Assembly (NCBI GenBank): GCA_902588895.1
Contig: CACIRC010000001.1
Location: 17,948 to 81,947, forward strand
Reading direction: 5' to 3'
Origin: an uncultured Pelagibacteraceae bacterium
Lineage (GTDB): Bacteria; Pseudomonadota; Alphaproteobacteria; Pelagibacterales; Pelagibacteraceae
DNA: 64,000 nt
A program made the translations under genes and the position numbers. Below the pieces are notes generated by a model, which did not search any database, was not told where the DNA came from, and saw only the letters and a list, made by a program, of their open reading frames with translations. This document shows, in pieces, positions 38,170 through 47,406 of the stretch. Numbering within the stretch: position 1 is the stretch's first letter; every line of letters begins with the position of its first letter.

Positions 38170-40944
38170 TTAATGTAACATACCCCAATTATCTCCAACA
38201 TTAATATCAACTGTTAAAGGAGTGGAAAAAGAATGATAATCGCTCTGAGCCACACTGGTCATTTCTTTCTCAATTAATTTAATCATTACTTTTTCATCTT
38301 TTTTAGGAATTTCAAAAATTAATTCATCATGAATTTGCAAGAGCATTTTTGAGTTAGAATTTTTTTCCTCTGATAATTTCTTATCTAATCTTATCATAGC
38401 TAATCTCATTACTTCAGAAGCAGAACCTTGAATGGGAGCATTAATTGCAGCACGTTCTTGAAAATTTCTGACATTAAAGTTTTTGTCATTTATTCCATTA
38501 AAATGAGATCTTCTTCCAAAAATATTGTTAACATATCCACTTTTCCTACAAAATTTAATTGTATTATCCATATAAACTTTAATTTCTGGAAATTTAGCAA
38601 AATATGAATTCAAAAATTCCTCTGCTTCATAATTAGAAACGTTTATTTGCTTAGCTAATCCATATTGCGAAATTCCATAAATAATTCCAAAATTAATAGC
38701 CTTAGCCTTTCGTCTGTGATCTTGATTAACTTTTTTAATGTCAATATTAAATATTTGGCTAGCTGTTAAAGAGTGAATATCTTCTTTATTTTTAAAAGCT
38801 TTTTTCAGTTCTTTTACATCTGCCAGGTCTGCTAAAATTCTCATCTCAATTTGATTGTAATCTGCTGAAATTAATAGGCTCCCTTTTTTTGCAGTGAAAG
38901 CTTTTCTTATATCTTTTCCATCTTCTGATTTAATTGGTATGTTTTGTAAGTTGGGATCGCTAGATGCTAATCTACCAGTTGTAGTAGCTGCGAGCAAAAA
39001 GGAAGTATGAACTCTTTTTGTATTTGGGTTTAAATGTTCAGGTAAAGCGTCTGAATAAGTATTTTTTAATTTTGAAACTTGTCTCCAGTCTAAAATTAAT
39101 TTTGGAAACTCATGACCTTTGAAAGCTAAATCCTCTAAAACACTTGCACTTGTTGCAAAACTTCCTTTTTTAGTTTTCTTTAATCCAGCTATTTTCAAAT
39201 CATTATAAATTATTTCACCTAATTGCTTTGGAGATGCGATATTGAACTCTTTTTTAGAAATTTTAAATACTTCTTTTTCAAGTTTTTGGATTTTTTTTTC
39301 GAATTTAGATGAAAGAGATTTTAAAAACTTACTATCAATTTCTACGCCCTCTATTTCCATAAAAGCAAGAATTTTAATTAATGGCTTTTCAAAAATTTCA
39401 TAGATATTTATCATTTTTTCCGTTTTTAAATTTTTGATAAATTTCTTGTATAATCTAAAAGTAACATCAGCATCTTCTGCAGCGTAATCTTTTGCTTTAT
39501 CTAATTCTACTTCGCTAAAATTAATTTCTTTCCTACCTGTTCCTACCATCTCTTTAAAAGAAATAGTTTTATGTCCTAAATGAATTTCTGATAAAGTATC
39601 CATATTATGTCTATTTTTTCCTGCATCTAAAACATAAGACATCAGCATTGTATCTTCCATTGATGAAAGCGTTATTCCACACTTATAAAATACGATAAAA
39701 TCAAATTTTATATTTTGACCTATTTTTTTTATGCTAGGGTCTTCTAATATTTTTTTTAATTTTTTAATTACTGCATTTTTTTTTAGACACTTGGGTGAAT
39801 TGTGACCAACTGGTATGTAACATGCTTTTCCAATTTTAGAACATAAAGAAATACCCACTAAATCTGCTTGGTGAGGATCTAATGAATTAGTTTCCGTATC
39901 TACAGCAACTTCACCAACTTCTTCTGCCTCCTCTATCCATTTATCAATTTCATCTAAGCTATTAATTAAGTAATAATTTTTATTATTAATGGTTTGTTGT
40001 TTTTCTAATTTTTGAGTTTCAATCTTATTACTTTCTAGTTCAGGTTCTCCATAAGCAGAAATTGCAGAACTTAACAACCTGTTAAATTCCATTTCTCTTA
40101 AAAATTTATATAGTTTATCTTTATCTATATTTTGCAGTTTAAATTCATTTAACTCTCTATTAACAGGAGAGTTATGATCTAGTGTTACAAGTTTTTTACT
40201 TATTAATGCTTTATCCTTGTTCTCTATTAATGTTTCTCTTCTTTTATTTTGCTTAATCTCATGAGCAGATTTTAGTAAATTTTCTAAAGTGCCATATTTA
40301 TTAATTAGCTCTGCAGCTGTCTTAACACCTATACCTGGAACACCAGGAACATTATCACTACTATCTCCTGCTAATGATTGCACATCAATAACTTTTGAAG
40401 CATCTACTCCAAATTTTTTTACAACATCATCGTCAGTTATGAATTTGTTTTTCATGGGGTCAAAAATTCGAACCCCTTTTTTGTAAAGCTGCATTAAATC
40501 TTTATCTGATGAGACAATTGTAACCTTTGCACCTTTTTTAAGAATTTGATCGACATATGTAGCTATTAAATCATCTGCTTCATAATTTGGAAGATCTACA
40601 GATGGCAAATTAAATGCTAAGACTGATTTTCTTATATATTCAAATTGAGGAGCTAAATCATCAGGCGCCTCTGACCTGTTAGCTTTGTAATCACTATAAA
40701 TTTCATTTCTAAAAGTTTTTCTTGCTGAGTCGAATATTACAGCAAAATGTGTTGGTTTTTGCAAGTTTTGATCAGATTTTGAGTCCTCTAATAATTTAAA
40801 TAACATGCTACAAAAACCACTTACAGCACCTGTTGGAAGTCCATCACTTTTTCTAGTCAATGGTGGTAAAGCATAATAAGCTCTAAAAATATAACCAGAG
40901 CCATCAATCAAATAAAAATGATCTGTTTTTTGAATTTTATTCAT
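38170..40944 (-). CDS. polA: DNA polymerase I
   Basis: DGS.YIFRAY 5'-3' exonuclease, DTET, ADYNQIE, KAINFGIIYG, QIHDEL. Confidence 0.97.
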   Translation of the reverse strand: MNKIQKTDHFYLIDGSGYIFRAYYALPPLTRKSDGLPTGAVSGFCSMLFKLLEDSKSDQNLQKPTHFAVIFDSARKTFRNEIYSDYKANRSEAPDDLAPQFEYIRKSVLAFNLPSVDLPNYEADDLIATYVDQILKKGAKVTIVSSDKDLMQLYKKGVRIFDPMKNKFITDDDVVKKFGVDASKVIDVQSLAGDSSDNVPGVPGIGVKTAAELINKYGTLENLLKSAHEIKQNKRRETLIENKDKALISKKLVTLDHNSPVNRELNEFKLQNIDKDKLYKFLREMEFNRLLSSAISAYGEPELESNKIETQKLEKQQTINNKNYYLINSLDEIDKWIEEAEEVGEVAVDTETNSLDPHQADLVGISLCSKIGKACYIPVGHNSPKCLKKNAVIKKLKKILEDPSIKKIGQNIKFDFIVFYKCGITLSSMEDTMLMSYVLDAGKNRHNMDTLSEIHLGHKTISFKEMVGTGRKEINFSEVELDKAKDYAAEDADVTFRLYKKFIKNLKTEKMINIYEIFEKPLIKILAFMEIEGVEIDSKFLKSLSSKFEKKIQKLEKEVFKISKKEFNIASPKQLGEIIYNDLKIAGLKKTKKGSFATSASVLEDLAFKGHEFPKLILDWRQVSKLKNTYSDALPEHLNPNTKRVHTSFLLAATTTGRLASSDPNLQNIPIKSEDGKDIRKAFTAKKGSLLISADYNQIEMRILADLADVKELKKAFKNKEDIHSLTASQIFNIDIKKVNQDHRRKAKAINFGIIYGISQYGLAKQINVSNYEAEEFLNSYFAKFPEIKVYMDNTIKFCRKSGYVNNIFGRRSHFNGINDKNFNVRNFQERAAINAPIQGSASEVMRLAMIRLDKKLSEEKNSNSKMLLQIHDELIFEIPKKDEKVMIKLIEKEMTSVAQSDYHSFSTPLTVDINVGDNWGMLH

Positions 40945-41058
40945 GAAGTATAATTAAATATTATAATGATAACATATTCTGTATATAAAAAAATTTACTT
41001 TCAATTATTATAACAATTATAAGTAGATTATTTTTTATATTTTGAGTATTATTTAACA

Positions 41059-41610
41059 ATGGAATTAACAAAAAATCTCACGCAAGCTAAACTATTTAAA
41101 TCTCTGGTTGTTATTTTTCTTGGTTCAATAGCACTAACTATATCAGCAAAAATCAAAATTCCTTTCTATCCAGTTCCAATGACTATGCAAACATTTGTTG
41201 TATTGTTTTTAGGAATAAGCTTAGGGCATAAAGTTGCAATAGCTACAATTTGTCTATACTTAATTGAAGGAATTGCAGGACTTCCTGTATTTTCAAATTC
41301 ACCTGAAAAAGGTGTTGGATTAGTTTACTTTACAGGACCAACCATGGGTTACTTGATTGGTTTTTTAACGGCTTGTTATTTGGCTTCTAAAATAAAGATT
41401 GATGATAATTTTTTCGTTGTCTTATTTAAATTAATTATCGCAACTTCAACAATCTATATTTTGGGTCTAATTTGGCTTGGAACATTAATTGGATGGGATA
41501 AGCCAATTTTTGCTTTAGGTGCAAAACCATTTCTATTAGCTGAGATTTTTAAAATTATGCTTTTAGCTCTTTTGACTAAACAAATAATTAAAATTAAAAA
41601 ATTTATCTAG
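41059..41610 (+). CDS. bioY: Biotin transporter BioY
   Basis: PVPMTMQT, GLPVF, GPTMGYLIGF. Confidence 0.92.
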   Translation: MELTKNLTQAKLFKSLVVIFLGSIALTISAKIKIPFYPVPMTMQTFVVLFLGISLGHKVAIATICLYLIEGIAGLPVFSNSPEKGVGLVYFTGPTMGYLIGFLTACYLASKIKIDDNFFVVLFKLIIATSTIYILGLIWLGTLIGWDKPIFALGAKPFLLAEIFKIMLLALLTKQIIKIKKFI

Positions 41611-42166
41611 GTGATCTTTTGGAAAGAATTCTTTGAAGGGTTCTTCTATGCATTTTAAGTCTTCTGGCTGTTTCTGAAACATTCCTATTACATAGCTCAA
41701 ATACTCTATGTATATGTTCCCACTTAACTCTATCAGCCGACATCGGGTTTTCTGGTGGGGCTGCTTTTTTTGAAGGATCTGCCAATAATGCTTTCTCTAC
41801 ATCTTCTGCATCAGCAGGTTTAGCTAAATAATCTATGGCACCTTCTTTGATTGCAGCTACTGCCGTTGGAATATTTCCATAACCAGTTAACATGATAATC
41901 CTACTAGCACTATTTGAAGACTGAATTTCTTTTACAACCTCAAGTCCATTACCATCTGCAAGCCTTAAGTCTACAACAGCAAAACCAGGTTTTTTAGTTT
42001 TTACAGATTCAACTCCCTTTTGTACACTCTCAGCTTGAAAAACCTCAAATCCTTTTTTTTCCATCGCTCTTGCTAAACGCTCACGGAAAGGATTATCGTC
42101 ATCCACGATTAATAATGACTTATTTTCAAAATCACTAAGATTCTGTAGTTTTGCCTCTTCTTTCAT
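41603..42166 (-). CDS. regA: RegA/PrrA/ActR redox response regulator
   Basis: LLIVDDD, LTGYGNI.TAV, PENPMSADRVKWEHI, NVSETARRL.MHRRTLQRIL. Confidence 0.93.
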   Translation of the reverse strand: MKEEAKLQNLSDFENKSLLIVDDDNPFRERLARAMEKKGFEVFQAESVQKGVESVKTKKPGFAVVDLRLADGNGLEVVKEIQSSNSASRIIMLTGYGNIPTAVAAIKEGAIDYLAKPADAEDVEKALLADPSKKAAPPENPMSADRVKWEHIHRVFELCNRNVSETARRLKMHRRTLQRILSKRSPR

Positions 42167-42173
42167 GACCCTT

Positions 42174-42200
42174 ATATGGGGTCTATGCAAGATATTACAA
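42174..42200 (-). promoter_or_regulatory. Candidate sigma32-like promoter, leaderless, for regA
   Basis: TTGTAA, 13 nt, CCCCATAT, 7 nt, ATG. Confidence 0.45.
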
Positions 42201-42333
42201 TATATGAATTTTACGCATTTCTGGCTTGAATTATTTGCTTTACTTTAGTGCTGTTTACTTTATATGCCAAAAAATATTAAAGTTTTTTTTAAAAAGACTT
42301 TTTTTTATTAAATTTTTTTTGGAGGCATTTAAA

Positions 42334-43518
42334 ATGCAAAAATTTAAATCAGTTGAGGAATTAGTTAATCAGCTGAAACCTGAAAAACCAGTTTACTGTA
42401 TTAGAAAGAATTCCATTAAATCTGCTGTTAAATTTTTCCTAAACAAATTTCCAGGTAAAATTTTATATGCAGTTAAAACTAATCCACACCCAGAGGTAAT
42501 CAAAACAATCATAGAAAGTGGAGTTGAGCAATTTGATGTTGCTTCAATTGAGGAAATTAAAAATATTAGAACTTTTAGCAATACAGCAAAATGCTCTTTT
42601 ATGCATACTGTCAAAAGCAGAGAAAGTATAAAAGAAGCATATTTTAATTATGGTGTAAAAACTTTTTCATTAGATACTAAAGATGAACTGATTAAAATAA
42701 TTGAAAGTACAAATAACGCTAAAGATTTAGAGTTATTTGTAAGAGTTGCTGTTTCAAATGAACATGCAGAAATTGATTTATCAAAAAAATTTGGTGCTTT
42801 AACATCAGAAGCAATAGGTTTATTAAGACTTGTAAAGCAACATGCTAAAAAGATTGGTTTAAGTTTTCACGTTGGTTCACAATGTATGCATCCAATTTCT
42901 TACTCGAAAGGAATTAGTGAAATTGGAAATATAATTAAAAAGACAAAAATTATCCCAGATTACATTAATGTAGGTGGAGGTTTCCCTACAATCTATCCTG
43001 ACTTAATTCCACAATCTTTAGATAGTTATTTTAATGAAATAAATAAGAGTTTAGAAAATTTAAAGCTTGAAAAACTTCCAGAAATTATTTGTGAACCTGG
43101 TAGAGCTTTAGTTGCTGAAAGTGGTTCAACAGTTGTAAGGGTTAATTTAAGAAAAAAACAAAAGCTTTATATAAATGATGGTACCTATGGAACCCTTTTT
43201 GATGCAGGTACACCAAATATTGTATTTCCATCTAAAATGATTAAAGAAAATTCTAATAAAATAATTTCAAAAAAATTAACTGCTTTTGATTTTTTTGGAC
43301 CAACGTGTGATAGCATGGATTATATGAAAGGTCCTTTTTTGCTTCCAAATAATATTAAAGAAAACGATTATATTGAACTTGGTCAACTTGGGGCATACGG
43401 ATTGACATTTAGAACTCAGTTTAATGGCTATTACTCAAATGAAATTTACGAAGTTGAAGATAATCCAATAATGACAATGTATAATAAAGACATTAATAAA
43501 GCTAACATGGTAGCTTAA
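42334..43518 (+). CDS. Fold-type III PLP decarboxylase (ODC homolog; may act on arginine)
   Basis: YAVKTN, FDVAS, SFHVGSQ, NVGGGF, EPGR, GPTCDSMD, GAY; SD GGAGG at 42321. Confidence 0.88.
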   Translation: MQKFKSVEELVNQLKPEKPVYCIRKNSIKSAVKFFLNKFPGKILYAVKTNPHPEVIKTIIESGVEQFDVASIEEIKNIRTFSNTAKCSFMHTVKSRESIKEAYFNYGVKTFSLDTKDELIKIIESTNNAKDLELFVRVAVSNEHAEIDLSKKFGALTSEAIGLLRLVKQHAKKIGLSFHVGSQCMHPISYSKGISEIGNIIKKTKIIPDYINVGGGFPTIYPDLIPQSLDSYFNEINKSLENLKLEKLPEIICEPGRALVAESGSTVVRVNLRKKQKLYINDGTYGTLFDAGTPNIVFPSKMIKENSNKIISKKLTAFDFFGPTCDSMDYMKGPFLLPNNIKENDYIELGQLGAYGLTFRTQFNGYYSNEIYEVEDNPIMTMYNKDINKANMVA

Positions 43519-44561
43519 TGTCGAGTCAAAAAAATCCAGGTCATAACAGTAAAAGAGATTTCTTAAAAAATCCTGTTGAGCACATCGATATAACTTCTTT
43601 CGACTCTAGAAAAATTATATCCTCAATGGAAAAAATGTCATTTGTTTCTAGAGAAACAGCAAATGCTGCTAATATTTATAACGAGATGCTTAAAGATAAA
43701 GATTGTACAATTTTCCTTACCTTAGCAGGCTCTACTTCGGCAGCTGGATGTATGAATATTTATAAAGATTTAGTTAAATATAATATGGTGGATGCAATTG
43801 TTGCAACAGGTGCTTCTATAGTAGATATGGATTTTTTTGAAGCTCTTGGTTTTAAACATTATCAAGGTTCACAATTTCAAGATGATACTGAGCTGAGAGA
43901 CAACTATATAGATAGAATTTATGATACCTACATAGATGAAGAAGAGCTTCAAATGTGTGATAAAATCATATGTGAAATCGCTAATAACCTAGAGGCGAGA
44001 AGCTATACTTCAAGAGAGTTCATTTATGAAATGGGAAAATATTTAAAAAATAACTCAAAGAAAAAAGACTCTTTAATTGAAACCGCTTTTGACAACAATG
44101 TTCCTATTTTCTGCCCTGCTTTTACCGACTCGAGCGCAGGATTTGGGTTAGTTATGCATCAAGAACAAAATCCAAAAAAACATATGACCATAGACTCAGT
44201 TAGAGAGTTTAGAGAACTAACAGAAATTAAAATCAAATCTAAAGGTTCTGGATTATTTATGATTGGTGGTGGTGTGCCTAAAAACTTTATTCAAGATACT
44301 GTTATTTGTGCTGAACTATTAGGAAAAGATGTAGACATGCATAAATATGCTGTTCAAATTACTGTTGCTGATAGTAGAGACGGTGCATGTAGCAGCTCCA
44401 CATTAAAAGAAGCAAGCTCATGGGGCAAAGTAGATATTACGAAAGAACAGATGGTGTTTGCAGAAGCAACTAGTGTTTTGCCATTAATTGCTAGTGATGC
44501 TTATCATAAAGGTGAGTGGAAAAATAGAACAAAAAAAAACTTTACAAAAATTTTTAAATAA
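43518..44561 (+). CDS. Deoxyhypusine-synthase-like protein (SpeY type)
   Basis: IDRIYD, PAFTDSS.G, IGGGVPKNF, EASSWGK. Confidence 0.88.
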   Translation: MSSQKNPGHNSKRDFLKNPVEHIDITSFDSRKIISSMEKMSFVSRETANAANIYNEMLKDKDCTIFLTLAGSTSAAGCMNIYKDLVKYNMVDAIVATGASIVDMDFFEALGFKHYQGSQFQDDTELRDNYIDRIYDTYIDEEELQMCDKIICEIANNLEARSYTSREFIYEMGKYLKNNSKKKDSLIETAFDNNVPIFCPAFTDSSAGFGLVMHQEQNPKKHMTIDSVREFRELTEIKIKSKGSGLFMIGGGVPKNFIQDTVICAELLGKDVDMHKYAVQITVADSRDGACSSSTLKEASSWGKVDITKEQMVFAEATSVLPLIASDAYHKGEWKNRTKKNFTKIFK

Positions 44562-44563
44562 AA

Positions 44564-45439
44564 TTGAAATATCTCTTAAATAAAAACGGATTTTTAGGAA
44601 TTGATAATAAGTTTAGCTTTAAAGAAAAAGCTGTAATTGTTCCATTTGGATTAGAAAAAACTGTCAGTTATGGAGGAGGAACAAGAAATGGACCTATAGA
44701 AATTATAAAAGCATCTCATCAAGTTGAACTATATGATGAAGAACTTAACTGCGAACCTTATAAGAAAATAGGTATTAAAACTTTAAAACCATTTAAAATA
44801 GACAAAAATATTAAAAAAGCCCTAAATAAAATCTCAAAAATTAATAAAGAGATTTTAGATAAAAAACTTTTCCCAATGACTTTAGGTGGGGAGCATTCAA
44901 TAACTCCTGGATGTATTGTTCCATTTACTAAAAAATATAAAAACATTTGTCTGTTACATTTTGATGCCCATGCAGATTTACGTCAAAGCTATAATGGAGA
45001 AAAATTTTCACATGCCTCAGCAATTAGAAGATGTCTGGATTATAAAAATGTTTCTTTAATTTCATTTGGGATAAGAAATATCTCAGAAAGTGAAATTCCA
45101 TTTTTAAAAAAGAATTCTTCAAGAATAAATATATTTTGGGCAAAAGATAAAAAAAAATGGGATTTATCAAAATTTAAAAAACTTATTAAAAACAAAACTG
45201 TTTATCTTACATTTGACGTAGATGGACTAGATTCAAGTATTATGCCTGCAACTGGTACACCTGAACCAGGGGGACTTTTATGGGACGAAACATTAGATAT
45301 AATTAGAATTGCAGCTAAAAACTCGGAAATTGTTGGTGCGGATATTAATGAGCTATCTCCAATTAAAGGATTTAATTCTTATAATTTTCTTGTTGCAAAA
45401 TTAGCTTATAAAATTTTATCTTATAAATTTTTATATTAA
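44564..45439 (+). CDS. speB: Agmatinase-family ureohydrolase (TTG start)
   Basis: GGEHSIT, DAHADL, DVDGLD, GTPEPGG, DINE. Confidence 0.9.
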   Translation: MKYLLNKNGFLGIDNKFSFKEKAVIVPFGLEKTVSYGGGTRNGPIEIIKASHQVELYDEELNCEPYKKIGIKTLKPFKIDKNIKKALNKISKINKEILDKKLFPMTLGGEHSITPGCIVPFTKKYKNICLLHFDAHADLRQSYNGEKFSHASAIRRCLDYKNVSLISFGIRNISESEIPFLKKNSSRINIFWAKDKKKWDLSKFKKLIKNKTVYLTFDVDGLDSSIMPATGTPEPGGLLWDETLDIIRIAAKNSEIVGADINELSPIKGFNSYNFLVAKLAYKILSYKFLY

Positions 45440-45990
45440 ACTTTAATTGGTTTAATAATTTTCAATAACATTCTAAATGGTATCAGCATTATTAGAGCAA
45501 TTAAAACTTTTACCGCTAAATCTCCTAGAGATAAAGTTACCCAAGGAACTCCTGTTGCATAAAATGATATTGAGAAAAATAAAAATGTGTCAACTGTTGA
45601 TCCAATCAAAGATGAAGTAAGTGGAGCTACAAACCACTCTTTTTTTCTTAATCGATCAAAAATTTGAATGTCCAACAATTGAGCAGTAATAAATGCAACC
45701 CCTGATCCAATTGCAATTCTAACCGAGATTAAATCTGCAAAATCAGTTGAGAATAATAATGTAAATATAATTCCTATTAAAAAGCCCAAATATACAATTT
45801 GCCTTGCTAATAATTTTCCATACGACCTATTTGCTAAATCTGTTATTAAAAAAGCTATTGGGTAACTAAAAGCTCCATAAGTTAAAATCTCATTTAATCC
45901 AAAATAGTTGATTGGAAACTGAACTAAATAATTAGAAGATAGTACAACAACACCCATCATTATTGACAGGGTGATAAATAATTTGTTCAT
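45436..45990 (-). CDS. Queuosine precursor transporter (YhhQ/VUT family)
   Basis: SNYLVQ, YP..FL.TD, S..AF..AQLLD, DT.LFF. Confidence 0.85.
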   Translation of the reverse strand: MNKLFITLSIMMGVVVLSSNYLVQFPINYFGLNEILTYGAFSYPIAFLITDLANRSYGKLLARQIVYLGFLIGIIFTLLFSTDFADLISVRIAIGSGVAFITAQLLDIQIFDRLRKKEWFVAPLTSSLIGSTVDTFLFFSISFYATGVPWVTLSLGDLAVKVLIALIMLIPFRMLLKIIKPIKV

Positions 45991-46301
45991 TAAGCTGATT
46001 TAGCTACAGGTTTCTTTTTAAAAGGGGATTTAATTAAAACTACTTTTTTTAACTTTTTTAATCTAGGAGATAAATTTTTATTTTTTACAGTTTTTAAAAA
46101 TTCATCAAAACTACCTTTTTTGTCAACTGACCTTACACCTGAGTTACTTACAGTAAGTTTTAAACTTCTTCCAGTAAGCTCACTTGTAAATTTTACTTTT
46201 TTTAGGTTAGGTAAAAATCTTCTTTTAGTCTTGTTGTTAGCATGACTAACATTATGACCTTTCATTGGAATTTTACCGGTAAGTTCGCATTTTTTTGACA
46301 T
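45990..46301 (-). CDS. rpmB: 50S ribosomal protein L28
   Basis: [27 protein letters not shown]. Confidence 0.95.
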   Translation of the reverse strand: MSKKCELTGKIPMKGHNVSHANNKTKRRFLPNLKKVKFTSELTGRSLKLTVSNSGVRSVDKKGSFDEFLKTVKNKNLSPRLKKLKKVVLIKSPFKKKPVAKSA

Positions 46302-46313
46302 AATAACAGTGCC

Positions 46314-46342
46314 TATATAAGGGGAGATATTGAAGGCGTCAA
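46314..46342 (-). promoter_or_regulatory. Sigma70 promoter of rpmB
   Basis: (C)TTGACG, 17 nt, TATATA, ending 12 nt before the ATG. Confidence 0.65.
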
Positions 46343-46353
46343 GTTTAATACAT

Positions 46354-47406
46354 TTAAGAAACAGTTTTATTTCCAACAATTTCTGTGAAATTTTTGACAC
46401 CATCTCTTATTAGTAATTCTTTTAGGTCTTTTTTAATCATGCCAGCAATATTGGGTCCTTGAAATACCATGCCGGTATACAACTGAACATAATCTGCTCC
46501 TAATAAAAACTTATCATAAGCTGCTTTACCTGAGTCAACGCCACCCACTCCAATTATTTTAATTTTACCTTTAATTAAATTGTAGAACTTACTTATTAAA
46601 AGATTTGATTTTCTTTCAATAGGTTTTCCAGATAAACCACCTTTTTGATGTCTCTGTATATTTTGAAGTGTTTCCCGAGAAGCTTCGGAAGTATTTGAAA
46701 TTATTATTGCGCTTATTTCATTTTCCAAAAGTATTTCTGAAATTAAGTCAATTTGATTTTCACTTATATCTGGTGAAATCTTTACAGCTACAGGAATTTC
46801 AGATTTTAATTGTTTTTTTTTCTCTGAGACAGATTTTAATAACTCTTTCAATTTATTTTCTTCATGAAAATTTCTAAGATTTTCAGTATTTGGTGAAGAA
46901 ATATTAATTGTAATATAATCTGCAACTTCAGAAAATTTTTCTAATCCAATTAGATAATCATTCAATCTATCATTAGAATTTTTGTTTGGACCTACGTTTA
47001 CACCTAGTACACCTAGTTTTTTATTAGATTTTATTCTGTTTAATATTGTATCTGATCCATGGTTGTTAAAACCTAACCTATTAATTAATGCTTGATCTTC
47101 TACCAATCTAAACACTCTTGGTTTTTCATTCCCATATTGTTTTAATGGTGTAACCGTACCTACTTCAACAAATCCAAAACCCAACTTAAATAAAGGGTTG
47201 TATACCTCGGCATTCTTATCGAAACCTGCTGCAATACCTATGGGATTATCAAGATTTTGATTAAATAGTTTTGTTTTTAAAATAGGATCATTTTTGTTTT
47301 CATCAAATATATTTGAAACTAAATTAAGTTTGAGTGATTGAATTGCTAAAAAATGTGCTCTTTCAGGATCTATTTTAAATATTAATGATCTTAAATTTGA
47401 GTACAT
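46354..47406 (-). CDS. pyrD: Quinone-dependent dihydroorotate dehydrogenase
   Basis: [32 protein letters not shown]. Confidence 0.95.
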   Translation of the reverse strand: MYSNLRSLIFKIDPERAHFLAIQSLKLNLVSNIFDENKNDPILKTKLFNQNLDNPIGIAAGFDKNAEVYNPLFKLGFGFVEVGTVTPLKQYGNEKPRVFRLVEDQALINRLGFNNHGSDTILNRIKSNKKLGVLGVNVGPNKNSNDRLNDYLIGLEKFSEVADYITINISSPNTENLRNFHEENKLKELLKSVSEKKKQLKSEIPVAVKISPDISENQIDLISEILLENEISAIIISNTSEASRETLQNIQRHQKGGLSGKPIERKSNLLISKFYNLIKGKIKIIGVGGVDSGKAAYDKFLLGADYVQLYTGMVFQGPNIAGMIKKDLKELLIRDGVKNFTEIVGNKTVS

